The notes under the pieces were generated by a model, which searched no databases, had not been told where the DNA came from, and was given only the letters and a program-made list of their open reading frames with translations. The translations under genes and the position numbers were made by a program. From the NCBI GenBank assembly GCA_032128375.1, contig JAQBGU010000234.1:1-20408 (forward strand): a stretch of DNA of 20,408 nt, given 5' to 3'. Source of the stretch: Deltaproteobacteria bacterium (lineage in GTDB: Bacteria; Myxococcota_A; UBA9160; SMWR01). This document shows, piece by piece, positions 1 to 9,062 of this stretch; the first letter of the stretch is position 1; each line of letters begins with the position of its first letter.

Positions 1-651
1 CTCGAGTTGGTGCTCCAAGCCGCGGCGGTGCATCGCGAGCACCACGATCCCGCCGCGATTCAATGCTCGCAGCTCTTGTCGATCAAGACCGGCGGCTGCC
101 CCGAGAATTGCGGCTACTGCAGCCAGAGCGCGCACGCGAAAACCTCCGTCGAGCGCCAGCCGCTGATGGACGTGGGCGCCGTGCTCGACGAGGCGCGGCG
201 CGCGAAGGCCGACGGCGCCGACCGCTTCTGCATGGGCGCAGCCTGGCGCGAAGTGCGCGACGGCGAGGACTTCGAGCGCGTGCTGGCCATGGTCGCGGGC
301 GTCAAGGCGCTGGGGCTGGAGGCCTGCGTCACACTGGGCATGCTGCGGCCACACCAGGCCGAGCGCCTCAAGGCCGCCGGCCTCGACTTCTACAACCACA
401 ACCTCGACACCGGCCGCAGCCACTACGAGCGGATCGTCGGCACGCACACCTACGACGACCGTCTCGCCACGCTCGAGGCCGTTCGCGCCGCGGGCCTCCA
501 CGTGTGCAGCGGCGGCATCCTGGGCCTGGGCGAGAGCCGCGCCGCGCGCGCCGAACTGCTGCACCAGCTCGCCTCGCTCGACCCGCAGCCCGAGAGCGTG
601 CCGATCAACACGCTCGTCGCGGTGCCGGGCACGCCGCTCGAGGGTCAGCCG
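1..651 (+). pseudogene. bioB: Biotin synthase fragment: 5' end outside the window, 3' end cut off at the junction with pyk
   Basis: Radical-SAM motif [15 protein letters not shown] plus [26 protein letters not shown] and PESVPIN..V.GTPL, all typical of BioB. The frame is open from base 1. BioB-like sequence stops after GTPLEGQP; the rest of ORF 7..834 is antisense pyk. The fragment may be an assembly artefact rather than a true pseudogene. Confidence 0.9.
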
Positions 652-1266
652 TTTCACCTGTCGGATATCGTCCGCCGAACGAACGAACGAGATCGCGACG
701 TAGTCGACCGACTGGCGCAATCCGAATTTCAGATCGCGAATGTCCTTCTCGGTGACCCCCCGTGCGCTCACGTTTACGCCGGGCAGATTGATTCCCTGAC
801 GTTCCTTGAGCGTGCCTCCGTATGTGACCTGTGAGATGACATCGGTTCCGTTGGTATCGACGACTCGCAATTCGATGGCACCATCCGACAGCAGGATCCG
901 GTCTCCGACTTTGACATCACGCGGGAGCGCCTGGTAGCTGGTCGATACCTGCGACACGTCCCCCGGAACATCCCGGGTCGTCAGCGTGAATGGCGTCCCG
1001 GCCGCCAGCTCGACCGGCTCGCCACCGGCCAGCGAACCGGTCCGGATCTTCGGCCCCTGGAGGTCCTGGAGAACGGCCACCGCACGTCCCGCCTTGGACG
1101 CAGCCGACCTGACCATCTCGATCCGTCGCGCGTGCTCAGCATACGTCCCGTGCGAAAAATTCACCCGCGCGACATCCATGCCTGCTTCGATCAACTCGGC
1201 GATGCGCCCCGGTGTCGCGGTTGCAGGGCCGAGGGTGGCTACGATCTTCGTGGGGCGAATCGACAC
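637..1266 (-). pseudogene. pyk: Pyruvate kinase, N-terminal ~210 codons only (3' half missing)
   Basis: Manual minus-strand translation from GTG at 1266: [16 protein letters not shown]...[14 protein letters not shown]...[12 protein letters not shown]...[10 protein letters not shown]...[11 protein letters not shown]...[21 protein letters not shown]. The AKIE and C-terminal regions are absent. Probably missing from the ORF track because the frame runs without a stop to the window edge. Confidence 0.93.
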
Positions 1267-1411
1267 CGCCTCATGTTAGTCGAGCCTTGCGTTCATGGCC
1301 AACCCGTATTCAGTCTCGCGTTGGTGACCGGCTGGCTCGGGTAGCCGTCCATGCCGGCTTTGGTGCGACCGCGATTTTCTGAACCCACACTGCTCGTGTA
1401 TGCTCGGCGCC

Positions 1412-2803
1412 ATGTCCGAGGCGGTCGCAGACCTTCTCTCATTCATCGATGCATCGCCGACGCCCTATCACGCAGTCGCCGAGTCCGTTCGGCGCCTGCG
1501 CGCCGCCGGCTTCGCCCCCGTACTCGAAGAAGCGCTGTGGGATCTGGCACCGGGGCAGCGGGGCTACGTCGTGCGACACGAGGGAAGCCTGATCGCATTT
1601 TCGGTCGGCGCCGTATCGCCTATCGAGGCCGGATTTCGGGTTGTTGGCGCGCATACGGACTCGCCGAACTTGCGCGTCAAGCCCATCCCCGACGCCGCTG
1701 TTGCCGGATACCGTCAGATCGCGGTCGAGGTCTACGGTGGCGTGCTGCTGCATACCTGGCTGGATCGCGACCTTTCGCTGGCTGGGCGGGTCACGCTGCG
1801 CGGCGACGCGGGGACGCGTAGTCGGCTCGTCGACTTCAAGCGACCCCTGTTGCGGATTCCCAACCTCGCAATTCACTTGCAGCGCGAGCTGAATCAGCAG
1901 GGACTGAAGCTCAACGCGCAACATCATCTTCCACCGATCGTCGGCCTCGAGGGGACCGATAGCCTGACCGCGCTGCTGGCGGCTTCGCTGAGTGAAAACG
2001 CGGACGCTCCGGTGGGCGAATCCGACATCCTCGCGTTCGATTTGATGACCTACGACGTGCAGAGCTCGGCCATCACAGGTGCGCGCGATGAGTTCATTTG
2101 CGCGCCCCGTCTGGACAATCTCGCGTCGTGCCATGCCGCAGTGACTGCACTGATCTCGAGCGTTCACGCGTCTAGGGGGCCGGCGACCCGCGTGGCCGTG
2201 CTGTATGACCACGAGGAAGTGGGGAGCCGCAGCGCACACGGAGCCGCCGGACCCTTCCTTTCGAGCACGCTCGAGCGGTTGGTCGCGGCGTACCGGAGCG
2301 ATGCAGACGCTGCACAGGGGCCAGCGCGCGCCCTGGCTCGTTCGATGCTGATTTCGGCCGACATGGCGCACGCGGTCCACCCGAACTACGTCGACCGTCA
2401 CGAGCCGGGACACCGACCCCAGATCGGTAGGGGCCCCGTGATCAAGCTAAACGCCAACCAGTCCTACGCGAGTGATGCGCGCACAGCTGGCGAGTTCGCC
2501 GAGTTGTGCGGTCGCGTCGGGATCACACCTCAATACTTCGTATCCCGCAGCGACCTTGCGTGCGGATCGACGATCGGCCCCATCACTGCGGCCCGGGTTG
2601 GCATCCGTACGGTCGATGTTGGGAACCCGATGTTGTCGATGCATTCGTGTCGCGAAATGGCCGGGACTGCGGATGTCGAACCGATGATCGATGTGCTGCG
2701 GCTGTTCTTCGACAACACAGCCAAGACCGACTCCGGCAATCCGGACTCCAACCCAGCAGACTCCAACGAGACCGGCCCTGCGAAGCATCACAAGAGCACG
2801 TGA
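1412..2803 (+). CDS. M18 family (aspartyl) aminopeptidase
   Basis: Motifs SPTPYHAV, GAHTDSP, YGG...TWLDRDL, RLDNL, DHEEVGS, SADMAHAVHPNY, CGSTIGP and SMHSCRE. ATG 1412 chosen because it lies 7 nt after TATGCT. Confidence 0.95.
   Translation: MSEAVADLLSFIDASPTPYHAVAESVRRLRAAGFAPVLEEALWDLAPGQRGYVVRHEGSLIAFSVGAVSPIEAGFRVVGAHTDSPNLRVKPIPDAAVAGYRQIAVEVYGGVLLHTWLDRDLSLAGRVTLRGDAGTRSRLVDFKRPLLRIPNLAIHLQRELNQQGLKLNAQHHLPPIVGLEGTDSLTALLAASLSENADAPVGESDILAFDLMTYDVQSSAITGARDEFICAPRLDNLASCHAAVTALISSVHASRGPATRVAVLYDHEEVGSRSAHGAAGPFLSSTLERLVAAYRSDADAAQGPARALARSMLISADMAHAVHPNYVDRHEPGHRPQIGRGPVIKLNANQSYASDARTAGEFAELCGRVGITPQYFVSRSDLACGSTIGPITAARVGIRTVDVGNPMLSMHSCREMAGTADVEPMIDVLRLFFDNTAKTDSGNPDSNPADSNETGPAKHHKST
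2729..2770 (+). repeat. Imperfect 15-nt tandem repeat (GACTCC...) x3 encoding the DSGNP-DSNPA-DSNE tail of the peptidase
   Basis: gactccggcaatccg / gactccaacccagca / gactccaacgag. Confidence 0.7.
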
Positions 2804-3900
2804 GTGATCCCGGATCCGATGCCGACCGAGAGTTCATTCAGCGATCGGTTCGGCTTGCGATCGTCGGTGTCGCCTCTACGGTCGTGCTGTTTGCCCTTCT
2901 GTGGCTACTCAAGAGTGCGCTGACGCCGCTCGCCGCGGCGTTTGGACTCGCGTACTTGCTCGATCCGATGATCGACCGCTTCGAGGCACGCAACGTTCCG
3001 CGATCGGTCGCCGTCTTCGGTCTCATCGGTCTGTCGGTGTTTGTACTGTTGATGATCGCGCTGTTCATGCTGCCGACGTTGCGGAACGAGATCTCCGGAA
3101 TCAGTGAGCGGATGCCAGGTTATGTCGAAGGCGCCGTGTCGGCGTTGGCGCCGCTTGCGGAGAGCTGGTTCGGGGTGACATTGCCCGGTTCGATTCGAGA
3201 GGGCCTCGCCGGCCTGGGGAGCGGCGAATTCGCGATTCCGATCGATGCTGTGAGACGCGTGCTCGAAGCGGTCGTGAATTCGCTCACCGAAACGCTCGGC
3301 ACGCTGGTGGGCCTGCTCGTGGTGCCGGTGATCGCGTACTACGCTCTCATCGAGTTCGACCGGATCAGAAGCTGGTTCCTTGCGCTGGTACCGCCTCGCT
3401 ACCAGGGAGCGGTCTCGGCCAAGGCGTCGACCATCAACGAGTTGATTTCGGGCTTTATTCGCGGCCAGTTCATCGTCTGCGCGACGCTCGGCGCGCTGTA
3501 TGCGATCGGTTTCTCGCTGATCGGAATCGATTTGGCGATCGCGATCGGCCTGCTCTCGGGGGTTCTCGCGATCATTCCCTACGTAGGCAGCGCGACCGCG
3601 CTGGCGTGCGCGTCGACGATGAGCGTGCTGCAGTTTGGCGTAGACGTGCATCTCGCAGGGGTCGTCGGCTGGTATGCATCGATCCAGCTGCTGGAAGGGA
3701 TGGTGCTCACACCGCGGATTGTCGGCCAACGCGTCGGCCTTCACCCGGTCACGGTGATTGTCGGGCTGCTGATCGGCGCAGATCTGCTCGGGTTCCTGGG
3801 CCTGATCGTTGCGGTTCCGATAGCCGCCGTGGCACAGGTATTCGTCCGCGACCTCCTCGCTTCCTACCGAGAATCTGCGCTGTATCAGTCTGCGGGCTAG
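2800..3900 (+). CDS. AI-2E family (PerM/TqsA-like) transporter
   Basis: Multi-TM protein with AYLLDP..DR, GFIRGQ, IPYVG and LEG.VLTPRIVG..VGLHP...G.LG.IVAVP. GTG 2800 overlaps the upstream TGA (GTGA). Confidence 0.92.
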   Translation: MSDPGSDADREFIQRSVRLAIVGVASTVVLFALLWLLKSALTPLAAAFGLAYLLDPMIDRFEARNVPRSVAVFGLIGLSVFVLLMIALFMLPTLRNEISGISERMPGYVEGAVSALAPLAESWFGVTLPGSIREGLAGLGSGEFAIPIDAVRRVLEAVVNSLTETLGTLVGLLVVPVIAYYALIEFDRIRSWFLALVPPRYQGAVSAKASTINELISGFIRGQFIVCATLGALYAIGFSLIGIDLAIAIGLLSGVLAIIPYVGSATALACASTMSVLQFGVDVHLAGVVGWYASIQLLEGMVLTPRIVGQRVGLHPVTVIVGLLIGADLLGFLGLIVAVPIAAVAQVFVRDLLASYRESALYQSAG

Positions 3901-3932
3901 AGGGTTGTCGGGTCGCGCGCTATCGTTGCGGT

Positions 3933-4259
3933 GTGACGGACCCGGATGGTGATGACAGAGAATTGGATCTCGAGGACTTTGAGGACGACGAGGCCCCGGT
4001 CGCGACTCCGTTCGACAACCCATATTTTTTGCCGGCTGTATTGTGGGGGCTGGCAGCCTGGTTCGGGTTCGACATCGTGACAGACGCGCAAGCCTACCAG
4101 GACTACCCCAACTTCAATCGCGGTGGCTTCGGGGTGCTGAGCCTCTTGGCCAGCTATTTCACGCGCAGTGCGATCTTGGAGAAACGCGCACTGCGCGCCA
4201 ATCAATCCAATATCGCAGCGGATCTCGGCGCCGACGTCCCGACTGATACACAGGACTGA
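3933..4259 (+). CDS. Small hypothetical membrane protein (108 aa) with an acidic N-terminus and two probable TM segments
   Basis: 3' part of ORF 3606..4259. GTG 3933 lies 6 nt after TATCGT. It fills the gap between convergent genes and has two hydrophobic stretches (YFLPAVLWGLAAWFGF; GGFGVLSLLASYF). Confidence 0.7.
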   Translation: MTDPDGDDRELDLEDFEDDEAPVATPFDNPYFLPAVLWGLAAWFGFDIVTDAQAYQDYPNFNRGGFGVLSLLASYFTRSAILEKRALRANQSNIAADLGADVPTDTQD

Positions 4260-4285
4260 ACCCGCGTCCGAATTTGGGTCCCGCG

Positions 4286-5935
4286 TCAACCCGCGAGCAG
4301 GCTGCGCCCGATCACCTTCAGTTCGAGAATGGGTTTTACACCCTCGAAGATCGGGAGCACCTGTGCGTCGACGACGTAGCGGCTGATCGGATATTCCTCC
4401 GCATAGCCCCAACCCCCGTGGAGCAATTGGCCCTGCTGTGTGAGGTCGACCGCGACGTCACACGCGAGCAGTTTCGCCTGCGCGGCGAGCGGCGCTGCAC
4501 GGCGCTCGTCGTCGTCCATTTCGCTGGCAGCTGCGTAGGTGATCGCGCGAGCCGCAGCCAATCGCGCCGCCATCTTGCCCAGTGCGTACTGGGTGAGCTG
4601 AAACTCGGAGAGCGACTGGGCGAACTGGTTGCGGTCGACCACGTATTCCGCGGTCTTCTCCAATGCACCCTGGGCGAGCCCGCAGGCGCGACCACCGGTT
4701 TGCAAGCGTCCCGCAGCGAACCCGGCCATTTGCAGATAGAAGCCGCGACCCATGCCGGCGTCGCCACCGACCAGGTGATCTGCGGCAACGGCGTAGTTCT
4801 CGAGATTGAGAGTGAACGAATGCATGCCGCGGTACCCCGGCGTCGCGTCGGCCTTGCCGACGATGCGTCCGCCACCCGGTTGAGTCATCTCGAATTCGTG
4901 ACCGCCAAACGCATCCTTGGGCACGATGAACAGCGACAAGCCCTTGGCGCCCTTGGATGTGTCGGGGTCGGTTCGGGCCAACAGCGCGAGCACGTTCGCG
5001 CGGCCCGCGAAGGTGCACCACGACTTCGGGCCATTGATGATCCACGCATCTTTTCCCTCGACGTTGCGTCTATCGGCGCGGCATTTGACCGATGCGACGT
5101 CGCTGCCGATATCCGGCTCCGTGACTGAGATGCCTACCATGATTTCGCCCGACGCGATCTTCGGCAGCCAATGTTGCTTCTGTTCGTCGCTGCCTCCGCC
5201 CAGCAACGCCTTGGTGAGAATTTCGGGCCGAGTGATGAGAGATCCGGCCGCCGCGAGCGATACGCGCGACAACTCCTCGGTGGTCAAGATCATCGCGAGG
5301 TTTCCCATCTCGGAGCCGCCGTAGGCTTCGGGGATCCCCATGCCGAAGTAGCCGAGCTCTCCCATGGCCGATATGAACTTTTCAGGCACCAGCGCGTCGG
5401 ACCGGTGGATTTGCTCCGCCTCCGGCGCGACCTCGGCGTTGGCGAATTCTCGGACCGATTCGCGAATCTGCTCCGACATTTCGTCGAGCGGCACATCGTT
5501 GGCACCACGTGTCGCACATACGTGGCGACCGATCGATCGAAACACCGACTCGTGGCTCGCGCTCCGAATCAACGCACAGAGCGCTCGCGGGAAGGCTCTG
5601 TCGAAACCTTCATCGCCGATCCCGAGGTCGTCGATCGCCGGAGCCAACCGGTTGCGAAGGCTCTCGACCAGGTCTGCCGCACCGGCGATCGCGATCGTCT
5701 CGAGCATCTCCGAGCTGCGCCCTTCATCGATCAGCGCTCCCGTGAATTTCACTAATTCGCGTGCAGCCCGACACTCGGTGGCTGAATAGGAGATTCGCTC
5801 GGTCAGGACCTGGTGATCGTCGATGCACTTGCCGGCTTCGGTGATGGAGGTCGCGCGCTCGATGGCGAGGTCGACCAGTCTTTGGGCACTCTCGAGCAGC
5901 ATTTGCGCATCGTTCAGGGTGGGGCTGGCAGTCAT
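4286..5935 (-). CDS. Acyl-CoA dehydrogenase with a long N-terminal extension, (2S)-methylsuccinyl-CoA dehydrogenase (Mcd)-like
   Basis: IPEAYGG, TEELSR, TEPDIGSD, NGPKSW, GYRGM, DR.QF, HGGWGYAEEY and IFEG (catalytic Glu); ~549 aa. SD AAGGA 7 nt before ATG 5935. Confidence 0.9.
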   Translation of the reverse strand: MTASPTLNDAQMLLESAQRLVDLAIERATSITEAGKCIDDHQVLTERISYSATECRAARELVKFTGALIDEGRSSEMLETIAIAGAADLVESLRNRLAPAIDDLGIGDEGFDRAFPRALCALIRSASHESVFRSIGRHVCATRGANDVPLDEMSEQIRESVREFANAEVAPEAEQIHRSDALVPEKFISAMGELGYFGMGIPEAYGGSEMGNLAMILTTEELSRVSLAAAGSLITRPEILTKALLGGGSDEQKQHWLPKIASGEIMVGISVTEPDIGSDVASVKCRADRRNVEGKDAWIINGPKSWCTFAGRANVLALLARTDPDTSKGAKGLSLFIVPKDAFGGHEFEMTQPGGGRIVGKADATPGYRGMHSFTLNLENYAVAADHLVGGDAGMGRGFYLQMAGFAAGRLQTGGRACGLAQGALEKTAEYVVDRNQFAQSLSEFQLTQYALGKMAARLAAARAITYAAASEMDDDERRAAPLAAQAKLLACDVAVDLTQQGQLLHGGWGYAEEYPISRYVVDAQVLPIFEGVKPILELKVIGRSLLAG

Positions 5936-6140
5936 CGGGGGTCCTTGTCGACGAGGTATTGGTTTGCACCCCACTCGCGAATGGGGCCGTTTGAATCCGG
6001 TCCTCGGAATTTGCCACGACTGATGGGAATTCCGAGCTCGCTAGGATAGCGTCGCTCTCGGAGTCTGGGCGTTGTGTGCGTTACTGCGTGTTGCCGAGTA
6101 TTGCCGACGGAGTATCGGGAGGTGCGAGGTGAGAAGTGAA

Positions 6141-6557
6141 ATGTTGGCCAAAAGTTGTCTTTCTGGTTGGCCCGCGGGGCTGGGACTGCTCGCGGTATGG
6201 GTAGCCAGCGGCTGTTCGGTCCACGCGAACACGAGCCTGACTGGCCAGTCGATCGGCTACCAGACGGAACTGACGACGATTCAGGTCGTGAGTGCGGTGG
6301 TCGGGGAAAAGAACCTGTTCATCCCGTCGACCATCGTCGTGACCGACGGGGCGCTGACGAAGCTCTCCTTGTTCAACACGACCGGCAAACCTCACGGCTT
6401 CGCGATCGATGGCCTCGGCATCGAGGTGGTGCTGCCAGCAGGCGAAGAGTTCGAGGTCGCGCTTCCCGAACTGGAGGCGGGCCGAATCTATCGGATCCAC
6501 TGTCAGCTCCACCCACCCCATCGCAGCGCCTCGCTGGTCGTGCTGCCGGGTCGCTAG
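6141..6557 (+). CDS. Cupredoxin-domain lipoprotein, nitrosocyanin-like
   Basis: Signal peptide with lipobox-like VASG-C; FIPSTIVV, N...PHGFAIDGLGI and YRIHCQLHPPH. GAGGTG upstream of ATG 6141. Confidence 0.8.
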   Translation: MLAKSCLSGWPAGLGLLAVWVASGCSVHANTSLTGQSIGYQTELTTIQVVSAVVGEKNLFIPSTIVVTDGALTKLSLFNTTGKPHGFAIDGLGIEVVLPAGEEFEVALPELEAGRIYRIHCQLHPPHRSASLVVLPGR

Positions 6558-6614
6558 GGCGAATTCTTCAGCGTCGTCGCCTGCACGCCAGAGCTAGCGC
6601 TCTGCCGCGCTGCA

Positions 6615-7376
6615 TCAGGTCAAGAACGCGCAGAGCTGTTCGACGAGCGGGGGACTTCCAAAAACGAGTCCGGTCTTCCCTCGCTGTTCGGGTAGCGTTA
6701 CGCATTGTCCTCCCGCTTCCGGGACCAATACCTGCGTTGCCGCGACGTCCCAGACGCTCAATGACAGGTCGACCATCGCGCCAACACCACCGCCTAGCAC
6801 CTGTCCGTGACCGAATGCATCGGTGTAACCGCGCAACATCGGGATTTCTCGCGCCATTCGCTCGAACGCGGGTCGCTGGTGGAAGGAGTCGAACGAATAG
6901 GGATCTCCGTGCGAGATGATCGCGCCCCGCAGATCGGAGGTTTGCGCGACGTGCGTGGGGACCCCGTTGCGGCGACAGCCACCGCCTTTCCATCCCACGT
7001 AGCGCTCGTCGAGCCCTGGCAGGTCGATCAGTCCCATCACCGGTTCGCCATCGATCGCGAGCGAAATCAGCGTCGAGAACAGCGCGATGCCACGGGAAAA
7101 ACCAAGCGTTCCGTCGATCGGATCGATGATCCAATGCGGCCCTTCGATCGAACCGTCACAGCCGTACTCTTCGCCCAGCAGGCCGAACTCCGGAAAGCAG
7201 CTTCGAAGGTGCTCGCGGATGGCGCGCTCGGCGGCCCGGTCGGCTTCGGTGACGGGGCTGCCGTCGCTCTTGTGCTCGACCGAAACGCGGCGAAAGCGCG
7301 GCAAGATCTCCGCGCGGGCACGATCGGCCGCACCCTGTGCTGCTTGTGCGACGCGCTCGAGATCGATGGATTTCAT
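6615..7376 (-). CDS. hisN: Inositol monophosphatase family protein, probable histidinol-phosphatase (HisN type)
   Basis: K.DGSPVTEAD, GEE.G, WIIDPIDGT..F.RG...F.TLI and WDVAA....V.EAGG. Family assignment is firm; HisN function is inferred. Confidence 0.72.
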   Translation of the reverse strand: MKSIDLERVAQAAQGAADRARAEILPRFRRVSVEHKSDGSPVTEADRAAERAIREHLRSCFPEFGLLGEEYGCDGSIEGPHWIIDPIDGTLGFSRGIALFSTLISLAIDGEPVMGLIDLPGLDERYVGWKGGGCRRNGVPTHVAQTSDLRGAIISHGDPYSFDSFHQRPAFERMAREIPMLRGYTDAFGHGQVLGGGVGAMVDLSLSVWDVAATQVLVPEAGGQCVTLPEQRGKTGLVFGSPPLVEQLCAFLT

Positions 7377-7638
7377 TGCCCGAGCGTATCACGCCTCGAG
7401 CGTGACCGAGTTCGCGTCACATGATGCGTTCACCCGAATCGGCCCGATCTGCGGCGCCGTTGCCGCGGCAGCGAGTCGAAAGTAGCACGGTGTCGGCACG
7501 CTGATTCGTCCGCAGTTTTCTTCACTGCCGTGCTGATCGATAAGCGCGAGTGCCACCGCGACGCGATTCGACTCGACGATGTCGGTTTTGTGGTCGAACG
7601 CGGTTGGCTGGTTGGTCGGCAATGGGATGGCGCCACAA

Positions 7639-7956
7639 TCAATCGGCGCGGTCTGAAAGCTCCCGCAGTTGTCTGAACGAGTAGATCCCGGTCGAGTGGC
7701 CGTCACTCCACTCGATTCCGATCGCGTACCGACCGACCGAACGGATCTGGATCGGGTGGACATCGGCGGGAACGTTCGACGGGTCGAGTCGGTGCTCGCC
7801 GCTCCATTCGTCCACACATTGTGCACAAGCACACGCCAATCGGAGTTCTCGAATCTGGAAGAGGCTCTCCGCACCATCTGTCCAGCGGATCGCGAGTCTT
7901 GTGGCGCCATCCTGACGGATCTCAGTCGGGGTGTAGTGCGCGCTCGAATTGTCCAT
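7639..7956 (-). CDS. DUF971 / gamma-butyrobetaine hydroxylase N-terminal-like protein
   Basis: W.DG....F....LR.AC.CA.C and VGRYAI.I.WSDGH.TGIYSF..LR. Confidence 0.9.
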   Translation of the reverse strand: MDNSSAHYTPTEIRQDGATRLAIRWTDGAESLFQIRELRLACACAQCVDEWSGEHRLDPSNVPADVHPIQIRSVGRYAIGIEWSDGHSTGIYSFRQLRELSDRAD

Positions 7957-8110
7957 CGTCGAGCAAACGTAGTCGAATTCCGGCGGGATGAGTCATCGCC
8001 CGCGGCTGCGCGCCGGAAATGCGCGATCGCGCCAGCTGCGCTGGGTGGAGCGCTCCGACGCCGAGGATAGAGTCTTCGAGAACCCGTCGATGTGGGCTAG
8101 GTTGCGCGTC

Positions 8111-8809
8111 GTGAGCGACCCGGAATTCGACGACGCGATTGCGATCTTAGGAGGCACGGGCGATCAGGGACTCGGTCTGGCCTTGCGTTTTGCGAAGGCG
8201 GGCCGACCGGTGGTGATCGGCTCGCGCAAGCTCGATCGAGCGACTGCAGCCGTAGCAGAGGTGAAACTGGCTGTCCCGGGCGCCAACGTCACCGGTCTCG
8301 ACAATCCCGAAGCGACGCGTCGGGCGCGAATCGTGATCCTGTCGGTGCCGTTCGAGCACACGGCCGGCACCGTCAAGTCGATCCGAGGTGCACTGCTGCC
8401 AGGCCAGGTCGTGGTGTCGATGGGGGTTCCGCTTGCGTCGTCGGTGGGCGGCGCGGCTGCGCACATGATCGGGATCTGGCAAGGATCTTGCGCGGAACTC
8501 GTGGCCGCTTCTGTGCCCGCGGGGGTTGAGGTGGTCTCGGCGTTTCAGAATGTCTCGGCGCATCGGCTTCGAGCGCTCGATGAACCTGTCGAATGCGACG
8601 TCGTTGTTTCAGGAGCACAGCCCGTTCGACAGATTGTGATGGATCTGTGCGGATTGATACCCGGCATTCGAGCCGTGGATGGCGGTCCACTGGGCAACGC
8701 CCGGATCGTGGAGTCGATCACAGCGCTTCTGATCGGGATGAACATCCGATATCGCGTATCCGAAGGGATCGGTGTTCGGTTCACCGGGCTGCCCGGCGAG
8801 GATTCGTAG
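8111..8809 (+). CDS. npdG: NADPH-dependent F420 reductase (F420H2:NADP+ oxidoreductase)
   Basis: IAILGGTGDQGLGLALR.A..G..V.IGSR, VVSAFQNVSA and D.GPL.NA..VESIT.LLI.MN.RY. GTG 8111 lies 7 nt after TAGGTT. Confidence 0.9.
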   Translation: MSDPEFDDAIAILGGTGDQGLGLALRFAKAGRPVVIGSRKLDRATAAVAEVKLAVPGANVTGLDNPEATRRARIVILSVPFEHTAGTVKSIRGALLPGQVVVSMGVPLASSVGGAAAHMIGIWQGSCAELVAASVPAGVEVVSAFQNVSAHRLRALDEPVECDVVVSGAQPVRQIVMDLCGLIPGIRAVDGGPLGNARIVESITALLIGMNIRYRVSEGIGVRFTGLPGEDS

Positions 8810-9042
8810 CGTCCGCCCGGCCCGAGTCTGCTTCTGGGCCTTGGGCCGCCAGTTCCTAGAGCCGCTCTTCTTCCCGCGCTCGCCAAATCCGGATTCGCGC
8901 TCAAATCCCGTTTCGCCGTGCAGCCGACTTCGGTTTGCGTTTCGCCGGCGGTCCGAACGGGCATCAAACCAGCAGTTCTAGCCAGTTGCGCGTCCGATGC
9001 GCGCAGCCGATTTACCCGGGATCCCGCCGCCGAAAATTTCGA

Positions 9043-9062
9043 CGTGGAAAACCTGTGGAAGC
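9043..9062. promoter_or_regulatory. Two degenerate DnaA-box-like 9-mers
   Basis: CGTGGAAAA (9043-9051) and TGTGGAAGC (9054-9062) versus TGTGNAWAA: 1 and 2 mismatches. Confidence 0.4.

Noticed and set aside
1..642. XhoI sites (CTCGAG) at base 1 and at the junction (637), suggesting a cloning chimera
   Set aside because: CTCGAG also occurs inside the fragment (472) and often elsewhere in the window, so it is not diagnostic.
7..834. Full-length BioB with a novel C-terminus
   Set aside because: Residues after ~651 are the antisense reading of pyk, not a BioB domain.
7430..7642. 70-aa minus-strand ORF overlapping the DUF971 stop
   Set aside because: TTG start, S/R-rich non-protein-like composition, no recognisable motif.
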